Source of the DNA: Kudoa neothunni
Taxonomy: Eukaryota > Animalia > Cnidaria
Assembly (NCBI GenBank): GCA_964304625.1
Contig: OZ199839.1
Span: 3,762,470-3,826,469 of the forward strand
DNA: 64,000 bases
Direction: 5' to 3'
This document shows positions 52,244 through 64,000 of this stretch, one piece after another; within the stretch, counting starts at the first letter, position 1; every line of letters begins with the position of its first letter. The position numbers were made by a program, and so were the translations under genes. The notes below the pieces were generated by a model. That model was not told the origin of the DNA. It ran no database searches and saw only the letters and a program-made list of their open reading frames with translations.

Positions 52244-52558
52244 CTTTAAATGATGATATATCCCCAACTTACGTTACTCAACATTAGCATGAGGAGACCC
52301 AAAAATGACCGTAATAAATTTAACTAACACCCCACTATGAGGTCGAGGTAATCATCTAGCTGAGTGTGAAAAAAATAAAAGTGCCTTTCATAACACAGTA
52401 CTACATTAGAAAAACCAAGTGAAGACACTCAAGATGAGCTAACAAACTATATAAAATGGGAACAATTTGCAAGGAATTATTCAAAGACAGGCTATATAAA
52501 ATGGCTAGACAACAACAGAACGTCTCGGTAACCACGTTGCGAATGAACAAGAATGTGG

Positions 52559-53903
52559 TTAAGCGGTCGGTTCTTTCAATTCTTTGATTTGTTTGATGAC
52601 ATATTGTTTTTCATCGATGAATTGTTCGTCATCTAATTTCAAGAATAGAAACAAAGCCATAAACCGAATCGAACCCTTTCTATCATTATGGAACGTGCTA
52701 AGATACTGTACAAGGAGTTGTTTATTACGTACAAGGATTTCGGTAACCGAAGGGGATCTATTAGGGTTTACAACGAATATCTATTTGTAAATGAAAAAAT
52801 TTTAAATTAGATCAATAAATGTCGACACAGCAAGCGAGACTTTAAAAACATGAAAAGCTTCAAATTGCACTGTTGAACTTTTGTCCTTCATCAATGTCAT
52901 TATAAGTTTGAGATTTTCGTTGTTGGACACATAACGAATCAGTATATTGTAGTTGAAACGTTCAACCAGTAACTCACCGAGTAGCTAAGTTAAGTGGATC
53001 GATTAAGTGTTAAAATAACAGAAATGTAGAAGGGGGTTGGATTTGTTACTTTGATGGATTGTCGTTTAGTGACATAATTATCCGAATTTAATAACTCATT
53101 GTACGAGGTGAAGAACTGAAAATTACAACAATAAAACAAAATTAAGTTATATTGAACGCTTACGAAATCATAATTTTCTTCGAGATATTTGGCAACTAAT
53201 TCCTTGAATCTAGTAACCAACTCTTTGAATGTGAGGTAGGCGTCTGAGCCGATATCGAAAGAACTATCGTTGATAAATTGAAAAAATTTCGCAAAATCCT
53301 CCGAATATAAAATGGCCATGCACAATTTGCTGTATTTGGCGAATTCTCTTAAGATCATTCCTATATTGAGTGAGATCTCAGGATTGGTGTAACCATCGAT
53401 AATAGTAGAAATTAGTTCTTTTTGTTCGAGTATATGATCAACAAAGAGGTTTTTATTTGGTAGTGGTTTACGTAGTAGATTGCCTAATAGCAGGACAAAT
53501 TCTTTCTTCGACTAAATCAGCGTTCAAAATATAATCGATCACAATCATGTTAACACAACCTACCTCAAAGTCCAGTTTAGCAAGAAAATGAATTAGCATA
53601 CTGGTTATATTTTGATCCAATATCTCTTTACACATTGACACCACCAATTCGTTTGGTATTTCATTATCAGACTGTGAAAAAAGAATCGATTTCATGTTGT
53701 TGATTTGTTTGGATATTTCTTCTTGTGCTTTGGTCACTGTATGATACTAAAATCACAATAAAATCGATTTTCTAGCTGCATATTGGAGACGTTAAATATA
53801 CTTTTTTCATGTCATTTAATTCGACGGCCAACACTGCTTCCTTCAATGTTTTGGTTATTTCAGAAGGGGATTTCTTCGACGAACGAAAAAGTGAAATTGC
53901 CAT
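52559..53903 (-). CDS. CAB39: Calcium-binding protein 39 / MO25 (7 exons)
   Basis: [98 protein letters not shown]. The frame is intact after splicing. Confidence 0.96.
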
Positions 53904-54430
53904 TTAGAAAGGCAGTTAAAATATTTCAAATATGAATTTTTTCGCCGAGGAGAAAATTGTCCAAAAGTAACCACGGGAAAATTTCGATCTACAATTAACA
54001 ACCACAGACCGGTGTATATAACAAAAATCGCCTACTATCGCACCAAATCGTGATCCAATCGTATTAACGGCTTTAACATTGTTGTTTAGTTCAACTAAAC
54101 ATATCCATCAACACAATCACCTTCTGTTTCAAACATCATTAATTTTTCGTTAATTTTAGTTGATTGAAATCAGATGTCGCGTGAAATGAGTTTTTCCTAA
54201 TTGGCAATTATTGGTATTATTCTTGTGTGTAATTGTTGCATTAGTTGACACATAACGTTACGTCGAATGATGTTAACCGGAACAAATTGAGTCACTTTAT
54301 CTATTAATCTACATTTATTATTAATCTTTTGAATAAGTAACATAATATATAATGGTAATTAGTAATAATTTATTGGAACGTGAGGGCGTGCTAACCAATT
54401 AAATAATTTAATTATTGAAAATTTATTGAA

Positions 54431-56561
54431 ATGGTGGATCACCCTATCGAACTAAAAACCACCAAAGTGATGACAAATATCAACCTACGGCAAGATTATA
54501 AATTCTACCTAAGCTACTATGCTTTACCATCCAAATCCAATAATGTATATGCAGATTTGAGGATTTACTTAAGGTAATTATTGTTGATGTTATTTAATGT
54601 TATATTCGGGGAAAATTGAAAAATAACAATTTTGTCATTTTATTTCGAATTGTGTAGAAAATTGTTGTCGAACAACAAAAGTGGTGATATCTATGTGTCG
54701 CCAACTGCCGACAAAAAAAGATCAGTTCGAAACTTTTGGATGGCAGTTCCTAAAGTTTATGCCGTGTGAAGTTGTTGGTAGTTATATAGATTTAGCATGG
54801 GGATAAACACATGAAAAATATTTCGGCGGGGTCGGAAAACAATTTCAAAGTAACCTATTAGAAACTAAATCCATTCAATGTTTCGGTAGGCTACTGATTT
54901 GTATAGGTGTTAGTTGCCTGGTCAATCACACAAATCAGTTCCTACCTATTGACTAATTAAAAGATATTCTAATAATATAATTTTAGTTATAATTAATAGA
55001 AATAATTATTCGACTAATTGGTTAATTTACTCAAAACAATAACTATTATTATCCATTTAGATTATCAATGAAATATTGTTGGTATCAAATCAGATAATTA
55101 AACACTTGTTCACATTCACTATCAACACCCAATTAAGTTCATCGTGGAATATTGTCGGGGATTATCTAGTCAAAGGTTGATTATACTGAACGCGCATATT
55201 TGATCATTAGCGTGTTGATGCTTCTTAGCCATGCTTAATTAATTTAGGGGATTTTATTTATGATCACAAATCACAATTCCATTGCATTAGTAGGGCGTTT
55301 TAGTTGTGTTAATTTTGTGATGTTATTTTGCATAAGAATATCGATTAAACGAAAATAATTCAATTATTGAAATAATATGCGAGTGTTTTGTTATGAAACG
55401 AAGTAAAGGAAATGGGGAATGCCGTTTGGTATTTATGTGAGTTAAGGATTCTAATAAATAAGCTCTGAATATAGGATGACATTCAATCTACTAATTGTAT
55501 TATGCCAATGTTAAGTGATTATGAAGGAGTTGTTCTTCCGAGGTAAACCAAAATGGCCGTCGTATTTTTTCAATTAAGTTAAAAAATAGCTTAAAATCTA
55601 CCTCAATAATGAATCATTATCCATATTTACCGAAAAATACTTTTTTTCGAAGTAGACATGATGTGTGTAACTATTGGAAACAAATGGTATTTTTGTGCTT
55701 CCATAGCTCCACTATTTGTTATGTATATAGTATGGATATAAACTAAGTATGGGAGCTCATAATTACACAATGGTTTCCTTTTTGGGAAATTCAGCTTTAT
55801 TGTGAGTTGGAGAGGTGGTAGTTTTTAGTCTAATGTTGAGTGTTTATTTTAAGATATCCTTCGGAATGTGTGTTAAAGTATCCTCCTCAATTTTCACCTT
55901 TAAACCGGCATTCACGTTCTTCCACATCTAGTAGTTTTGTTTTTGTTTTGTTAGTTGATTCATTCTAGCTCCGCTAACTCAGTGTAACAAACCTTCCAAT
56001 GAAAATGATGAGCTAATGTGGGAAATAGTAAACAGTTTTGTGGAGGATCTGAAAAATGTGTTTGACAAAAATACTTTTGAGTTCAGTGTAAAAATTAGTG
56101 ACAATCCACATTCCTTGTTCACACCCTCTCCAGCAACTATCAACTCCATACTGCCACCATCTTACCAACGAGAATGCACTCCTCCAAGTTTCCTTCAAAA
56201 TAATTCGGCCAAGAAAATCGACTCCACAAATCAACCATTTTCATCACAACGTTTTAGTGCAGGGGAAAATGGTGGATTCGTTGGAAAAACAAAAAGTCAA
56301 AAGCTTGAAAACTATGGCCCTTGTATCAAACGACTAACCTACCCAACAAATATCCTTCACCGTGGAGCTGTTTGTAGTGAAACAGTACGTAGAGATTCGA
56401 AAAAATCGATGGAACTTTCCGTCGATAGTTGCTCACCCAACCAAGCCATTCTTAATACTATGAATGTGGATGTAATTATGAAAAAACTATGGAAACGTGC
56501 TTGCACCTCTTCCCAAGAACGAAAGACCAACTACTTTGAAAAATACAGAAAATCACCGTAG
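54431..56561 (+). CDS. C18orf63/DUF4708-family protein, multi-exon
   Basis: Spliced peptides DIYVSP, SSWNIVGDYLVKGDF, VVLPSLK, NYWKQMYGYKL, YPSECV and IVNSFVEDLK are colinear with the remembered human C18orf63 segments DILTSP, AWNRTGHLLIQGRDF, YVLPSMK, HWDALYGYKL, YPLSCI and VLKSFLSDLK. Some exons (54800-55060) are unresolved. Confidence 0.75.
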
Positions 56562-57894
56562 TGAAATGTGTTAAATTTTCGGATCGTCTTTCAGGTGTGT
56601 ATTCACCTATTTTTTTCAATCGGCCCAACAGATGCGTCATAATTGTTATTTTGTTTATATAATTAAATTTTTAATTATTAAAATTTTCAATTAACATAAA
56701 ATAACGATAAATGGAGTAGTTTACATGATTATTAATCCTTTTTGTATGCAATCTACACTAAACAGCGGTAACTAATATTTCGCAATTTGGGAATTCTTAG
56801 TTTAATATATCCTAAAAGTTTGACTTTGTATAAAGCCATTAGAAATATATAAATATATATTTTTTAAAGTTTACTAATAATAGAATTATTTTGGATTTAA
56901 AATATATTCAAAATAAATATTTAACAAATTCTCCTTTATTTTTCGTGTTGTATATTGAAGTGTCTGTGAACAAATAATACGACATTGGTTTTAACTAGAA
57001 ATTTTATATTTTTACGTGTTTCGCTTCTGAATATTAATGTTTATATGTATTAACGTACATCAACAACTTATTAAATTTTAAATAAATAAACTATTTTATT
57101 TGTTAATTTGAAAATTCTTAAACTAAATTTTTGAGTCAGAAAATATTTAAATTTATATTTTAAATTATTTATTTAAAAAAAAATTATTATCAGAATAAAA
57201 ATAAGTATTTTAACTCAATGGAGAATCATTTTATATCATAATGTTTTCAAGAGCATGAGAAAATTGCGTTAACTTTTTTGCGCTTGCTTATAAATTATTA
57301 ATAAAATACTATTTTTAAATAAAAAACTTTAAATATTCAAGTTTCAAACGTTTTTTAAATGATAAACATAAGAGTAAATACACTTTTAGTAACTAAAAAT
57401 CAACCATAAATATGGTTATAAGATTTTTAATCATAAAATTTTTTATTTTTGAAATAGAACAATGTTAGTTTTGCTATTCCAATGCTTTTCTATTAGAAAC
57501 TATATTATTTATATTTGATCCACTCCAATGAACAAAAAATAATTTGATATTTATTAACAAAACTTGGACTTGGATTAAAATTGCACGAGGAATTATTGAG
57601 TGAGATATATCAAAATCTGAAAACGCCCAAGAAAGCTTGTACGTTAGTGATGTGAAAATGAGAGCAATTTAAAATGAAAAATTAATAAGATTATTTATTT
57701 AATTGTAAATTACTTTTTCTTAGGAGAAATTTATAAATATTATCGTATTAAATTTGATCCTCTCATCCATCTTACTTTATAAAAAGTATATTCCTTATAA
57801 TAGTTCCCATGTTGACGTGCAAAAACTATATGACCTAATAAATAAAATCGCAAATATTTAAAAAGAAATTTATTTCTGAATGGTTACTTTAAAC

Positions 57895-58407
57895 CAGGGG
57901 TCAGCAACCTACGGCCCGACGTGCATTGAATGACATAACATTTTTTCTAAATACTTAAAATACCCAAATGATCTTTAAGTGTTTCTAGATCGTTTTTCTT
58001 AATGTTAATATGTTGACGATATAAATATTTTAGCCAACTAAAATTCATTTTCATTACATAGGAAACCCGGAATAAATATGATTATAAAAATTATTTCAAT
58101 AAAAGTATAAACTATTTTTAAAAACGCATCTAGATACATCTCATGTTTGACTTCATCCAATTAATCGTCCTTTCACAAGTTAAGCGCGAGTTGATTACAT
58201 TGGAAATGAAAATTATTAGAATATAATACTATTGATTTGACGCAATTTTCCCCTTTAAGAGACTTTTATAAATTCTTATTTATATATTTTAACCTGAGAT
58301 TTGAACTAAGAATAATTTAAAAGTTTTGTAGATTAATTTTAATACGGTCCGCATTAAAGTTAGAGTATGTCTGTTTGGCCGTCACCCAAAAAGGTCGACG
58401 ACTCCTG
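57895..58407. mobile_element. hAT (Charlie-like) MITE, 513 bp
   Basis: TIRs CAGGGGTCAGCAACCT / AGGTCGACGACTCCTG; perfect 8-bp TSD CTTTAAAC. Confidence 0.9.
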
Positions 58408-58876
58408 CTTTAAACAATAATTATTACATATGTTTGGATTTTGTTTGAAATAATGCGCGCTTTCGTTAACCCATCTCTCGAGAAATCCGAACTATAAAAT
58501 TCTCGTTTAATTCGAGATTTGATGATTTGATCAAGTATTGTAAATTATAATTTAATAAAATGATAATTTAATGCTTGAAATCCAATTATAAGACACATCT
58601 CAGTATCCGAATTTTTCTGTATTCTGGATAAATCATGGAAAGTATCCATCGATAATACTAATACCGAGGTTTCTCGTGCTTAAATTACTTGAACTTCAAA
58701 TTTATGATGGATAAAAAGTGAATAAACGCCAAATAGCAATAAACTAAAAAATAACCATTTTATAATATCCAAAAAAATCAAACGTGGTTTAAACTCGACA
58801 ATTAGACCAAACGAGCCTAGATACTTCAAAATGTGGCGCAGGCGCAAGCTGCAATATGGGCACGTCACCTAGACCG

Positions 58877-59676
58877 ATGCAAGGTAAAGCTTTATTGGCG
58901 TTCGCTGTATATTTTTATGTTAAGAAAAAAATATAAACTCTGTTAACAACGTAATTTTGGAAGAAGCGTATTCTATATACCGAATAAATCTTTTACAATC
59001 AAATGAAATGCATCAAATTGATGAAGGTATTCATCTTGATGATATACCGAAAAGTATGTGTTCAAAATAGATATAATAAAACAGTTGTGGTTGGAGGAAA
59101 CATTAATAACTCGAGAAGTGATACAAAGAATCGATGAAAATGATACTGATTATCCTTTAGATTTATTATTTGAAGGCGTACAAAAGTCTCTTACTTGAAT
59201 GTGCCGGAAAGTCACTGTTGAAACTCAAAAATGAATCCGATAAAAGAATTGAAGAATACAATCAAAATGTTAATTGCACTGAAGATCAACCAGCTGTTGT
59301 ATATCCTGATGGTAGCTCACGTAAGATGTCTCCATTTGACATAGCTATCTACATGAAATTACTGGGTAACACATTGACTAGTATAAGTCGGGCTATAAAT
59401 GATAAAGTATTTTTTGTTTGACTATAATCGGAGTTATGCCTTACAGCTTACGGCTAGAACAATTCTGTTGTTATTTTTGGAACGCTTGATCTGCTACTGG
59501 ATTCGCTCGTTGTTGGTATGAGATTGTTATTGAACCTGGTTACCGCAATCCCTGAATTAAGTGATGTTTTTAGTGAAGATAAAAAAGTAATTTCGTAATT
59601 TGTTGATTTAATGAAGTTTTTGTTTTTTAAGAGGGAATCATTGAAAATTATTCAACAGATATTTCCTGGAGTTTAA
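58877..59676 (+). CDS. Hypothetical spliced protein, not recognised
   Basis: ORF 59170-59406 splices in phase (GT-AG) to NNSVVIFGTLDLLLDSLVVGMRLLLNLVTAIPELSDVFSEDKK and then RESLKIIQQIFPGV*. The upstream region is GC-rich and promoter-like; the 5' exons are unresolved. Confidence 0.55.
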
Positions 59677-60187
59677 TTGTATATGTATTTTGCTATGTTA
59701 TTATTGTTGTTTTCAACTGGAAGTCTCTATCAGTTTTTAATAGCGCAGCGGTTTATTTCTTATTATTATTATTATTTTGCAAAATTTATATTTTTGAGCC
59801 AAAATTAAGCTCGTTACTGAGTTTATATTGAATGTTTCTATCTAATTGCGTTGTTATGTATTTTTTTATGTTTGTAAACTAGGACGATCAAAACCTAAGC
59901 TCAAATTAGATCGGAAAATGCTTTTTGATTTGTTCACGTAAGGATGAATTTTTATCGGCTACTTTGTAAGGTAATGACTGGAAACTGCTGTTATCACAAA
60001 ATTTAAAGCTTAGTAACTGTTGAATATAACATAGTAATTTCTAAGATTAAATTTATTTTACGCATGCATCATCCCTCATCATGTTGGGCGTCGATTCAAC
60101 TTTGCTTACTAGTCTGAAACCCCACGAGCTATCTTGTATCAATTAAGTTACATGAACTCATTTTTCTAATATTTAAACCTTGTTATA

Positions 60188-61378
60188 CAGTATTTCACGA
60201 TCAACTTGAGAGTCGTTCGCATCAAATTGTAAGTTCAATTTTAAATCTTTATTTTTTTATCTTCCTATAGACGAAATTTAAAAATATTAAAAGCGATGTC
60301 AGAGGAATTATTATTACTTCACATAAAGTAATTTATATGATAATTTTTAAAAGTTAAATAAAGTTTCGTAGATGACCAACCAAACGGAGAAATAGCCAAA
60401 GCTGTTATGGCATATGAAGGTCCAATTAGCAGAATAATTAAAAAGTATTATTTAACTAGAAGTTATGCTCTAATCAAGAAGAGTTGTAATCTGCGATCAA
60501 AATTATTAGACGACCATATAGATCATATAAAAAAATTAATCAACGATGACTGTACGATAACACTTTAAGTTATTTGTGAAAAATTTAATATTGCTGTATT
60601 TAAACAATGTGTAAATAAGGCAATTAACGATTTTAATTACTCTCTATAATGTATTTCTGCGGTACCTCAAGTTAGGAATAACGCTGAAAATTTCCGAAAA
60701 AGATAAGAGTAAAAGTTACCATTTAAAACAGTTCTATAATTTATATAGATACGTAGTGAAACTATTGAAGCTTAAAGAGGAACACGAAAAAATAATATTC
60801 TTGGATGAGGCAACGTTTTCCTTGTCAATGTGACCCAAGTTAGGCAGATCAGTCCGTGGAATACGAGTTATTCTAAGAGTAAAATCTATTCGTTCTAAGG
60901 ATGTGGCTCTTGTTGTCACGATGAGTCCAAAAAAATTATGGACACTTAATATAAGACATGGAAATGTGAACAAATTAGTTTTTAAAAATTTTACTTCGGA
61001 TCTTTTAAAGGATTTGCGTTAAAACAATACATCCAAGACTCTCATAATAATGGATAATGTCCCCCTCCATAAATCGACAATTATCCAAGATTTTATGTCT
61101 GAGAAGGGACATACTATTTTATTCTTGTCCTCATACTCATCTTTCTTAAATCCAAAAAATCAAAATGAATCGGAACAATGTATGATTGAAGAAACTGAGA
61201 GGATTGCCGTGGATAATTTAAAAAATTACTACAAGAATTTAAAGAATATCATTCAAAATGTCTTAGATTACAAATAATTGAAAACTATTTTAAATATACA
61301 TTTATAATTTAAATATTCATTTTTTTATTATTCTTGCAATTTGATGTGAACGACTTACAATTTGATCGTAAAATACAA
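60188..61378 (+). mobile_element. Full-length decayed Tc1/IS630-like transposon
   Basis: About 45-bp imperfect TIRs (cagtatttcacgatcaacttgagagtcgttcgcatcaaattg / caatttgatgtgaacgacttacaatttgatcgtaaaatac), TA flanks; IFLDE, IMDNVPLH and LSSYSSFLNP with internal stops. Confidence 0.85.
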
Positions 61379-61400
61379 TAATTTGTATTTTATAAACAAC

Positions 61401-61880
61401 CCCGGAATTACACGGTTAATATTCCAAATAATTATTATTTAAGAAATTAAATATTATCACCTAATAAAATATGTTTTAATTGGCTACTAATCATGCGAAT
61501 GCCTAGAAAATAACAGTGCAAAGAAAAATTTCATTGGTCAATTTTAAAAAATTCAAAAATCAAAGCTAAATCTAAAAATATAAATAATAATTCAGAAATA
61601 CTAATTAAGGGACAATATAAATAATAATAGAGTTAAAATACAAAAAAATAATACAATCTGTTACATGTGCACGCATCATTTCAATAGTACAAAAATATGC
61701 TAATGCTTTATTTTTCACACTTTTTCTGATCTTATGAAAAGTTAAAAAACAAATTACCCAATGTATTATATCGGCAAAAATTATAAAAAAAATATTGAAC
61801 ATTATTTTTGGACAATGCTCAAAGCTTACGCATCTTATTGTTAATATTGAACAATGACGTATAATAGCGATGTAACTCGG
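61401..61880. mobile_element. Possible MITE with CCCG-starting imperfect TIRs
   Basis: cccggaattacacggttaatat vs ataatagcgatgtaactcggg. Confidence 0.3.
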
Positions 61881-62380
61881 GATCTTCGTAGACGTTCACT
61901 GCATCGAAATGTTAACTTATTCTATACAATTGAATAACCTTACTAGCGAAATTAGGGGGTTCAGTTTACTAACATTTAATTATTTAAAAAAGTTAATAAT
62001 TTACTATTTTGCGGACGAAAGTTAATCCTTACAATACTGCCGCATTAATCCTCATATTAAACTCTTTTGAATTGAAATTGAAAAAAATAAAAAATTAGGC
62101 GATAAAATTGAAAAAAAACACCCGGATAAACAATTTATATTGAATCGTATTAGAAAATAACTTAATGGCCCACCTCGCATGGAGTCGCTGAAAATCGTTT
62201 TACACCTAGCTGAGTTTTACGGATGAATTCTCAATAGTTTTTGGAGTGATTTTAGATCCAACAATTATAGCTATTAACATGTTTAACAAAAAAGTGTTGA
62301 TATGGCTGTTGCTGATTATTTATGGAGTAACTGAATTTTGTAGGATTATTTTGATTTTCATCGTCTAGTTATTTTCACTC

Positions 62381-64000
62381 ATGAATAGCGAACATTTGGT
62401 TGCAGATGAAATCATTTTAAATGCTGATTCACTCCAAAACGATTCATTAAAGAAGCCTCCCCAAATAATAGCTGGAGATGAAGACACCATACTTTCGTTT
62501 GGAGAATATGCTGATAAAGTTGAATTGGATCGAAAATCATCTCCATCCACTGATGATAAGATTTCCAAAGACCCTAAAAACATGCCGGATCCCCCACCAA
62601 ACGATATCAAAGATCAATCAACTCATAATACCAACAATACAACACCAACGGCTGCAGCAGCGAAAACAACAACCACTGATCAACCTAAAAAGGAAACTAA
62701 AACTACAAAATTACGTTCAAATTATAACTATGCATCAAGCTCATGTGGAGCCACTATTATCAGCCACAGTCATCAAGTGAAACATTCCTCAGAAATGCTA
62801 ATAGATAATCCAGATACATATGCATTGTTTCCTTGTATTAATACCCAATCCAAACCTCTTTGGTTTATTATCCAGCTGTGTGAACCTATCAATATTCGTT
62901 CGATATACTTGTCAAATATGGAGTTATTTTCTTCACACATCAAGACATTTCGTGTGTCGCTAACCAATATCGAATTGTCTCCCACCGATTCACAATGGCA
63001 CCAACTTGAAAATGATTTCACTATGGCAGATGGTACAAGATCGCAAATGTTTTCTACCGAAAATTCTACAGTTGCTTCCAATATCTATGCTAGATATATT
63101 CGTGTGGAGATTATCGAACATCATAATATGGACTTTTTCTGTCCTATATCAGTGTTTAAAGTGTTTGGTGTATCTTTGGTGGATGAACTTAGCGGTGGTC
63201 CATCGTTAGATGATGACTCGCCGTTTTATTCGAATAGTGAAGATCCGATGTTTACAATGGACGAACCATTTGCTATTAATAACCTTTATGATTTTTATCG
63301 TTGGTACAAAGTCGACATATTGATTCAATATTTGATTGAGATTCTCCGTAGTTTGTTTATTATTGTTGGTGAGGTTGGTAAAGAGCTGATCAGCCTGGTT
63401 AATCTGCTCACTTCCAAATCACCCACTCTCCGATTTTTTCACCAACTCATCATATATCTACTTCAGTGGTTGGCACCTTTGATTAGCTGTATTTTGAAGT
63501 TAATGGCCGATATTGGTTCCAAATTGATCGGTGTAGATATCCACTATTTCAACAATTCTCTTATTGTCCAACAAACACATCTCGATGTAGACCCAAAGTT
63601 ACATCCAGAAAATGAATCCAGCTCAGTTACCGAATTGAGCAACTCAGAATGTACACTTCTTACGTGCACACTCAAGCTGCTTCGACAACCTTTCTATCGA
63701 GACTTTTGTTGCACGATGAAACATGTATGGCATGAGAATTTTGATCTCAAACCTGATTGCTCATTGTGTAAAGTAAGCCCGAAACAAATATGGACTTGCT
63801 ACCACCGACCAAAATCTTGTTCATTCGTGCCTTTTGGATGATTTTTGTGATTTTTATTGTCGCAACAATTCCACATGGTCGTCTAACACTGGTATTGTAC
63901 CTTTTAGTCAATACTATGCCACGAATGAGTCAAATGTTAATTTTGAAACTTCCAGTCTAAATGAAACTGTATCCAACCTTACTGATAGCGGGAATGACAA
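62381..64000 (+). CDS. SUCO: SUN domain-containing ossification factor (SUCO/Slp1, mid-SUN); partial
   Basis: NYASSSCGATII, L..NPDTY.L.PC, WFIIQLCEPI.I..I.LSNMELFSS, YARYIRVE...H...FFCPISVFKVFG.S. Short 5' exons (from ~62180) and further 3' exons beyond 63841 are likely. Confidence 0.9.

Noticed and set aside
1-64000. CRISPR array or prokaryotic operon-type system
   Set aside because: No regularly spaced direct repeats; all recognised genes are eukaryotic and nearly all are intron-containing.

Overview
AT-rich eukaryotic (animal-type) genomic DNA with mostly very short (about 30-60 bp) GT-AG introns and a few multi-kb introns filled with transposons. This is consistent with a compact parasitic animal such as a myxozoan or similar lineage, but that assignment is inference only. 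Genes: DIS3 (5' part) head-to-head with NOP53, CIAO2B head-to-head with GTF3C3, PDIA6, an ERMP1-like M28 peptidase, a disrupted aldo-keto reductase, a frameshifted PLD3-like nuclease, CAB39/MO25 head-to-head with a C18orf63/DUF4708 homologue, an orphan gene, and SUCO (partial). There are two tRNA genes, Leu-AAG and Pro-CGG. Intergenic and intronic space is packed with decayed DNA transposons: Merlin, hAT, piggyBac, pogo/Tigger, Tc1/IS630 and Helitron. Most notable: (1) DIS3 has lost its PIN endonuclease acidic residues and shares an 85-bp divergent promoter with a NOP53 whose Mtr4-binding AIM motif is also degenerate; (2) an intact antisense tRNA gene, which is a TFIIIC binding site, lies in the last intron of the TFIIIC subunit gene GTF3C3; (3) the PLD3-like gene has four +1 frameshifts and no nonsense substitutions; (4) an 8-bp footprint-like duplication disrupts the AKR gene; (5) a GC-rich, H/ACA-like structured segment follows tRNA-Pro; (6) C18orf63 carries a PAZ-like motif. 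All alignments were done by eye from remembered reference sequences.
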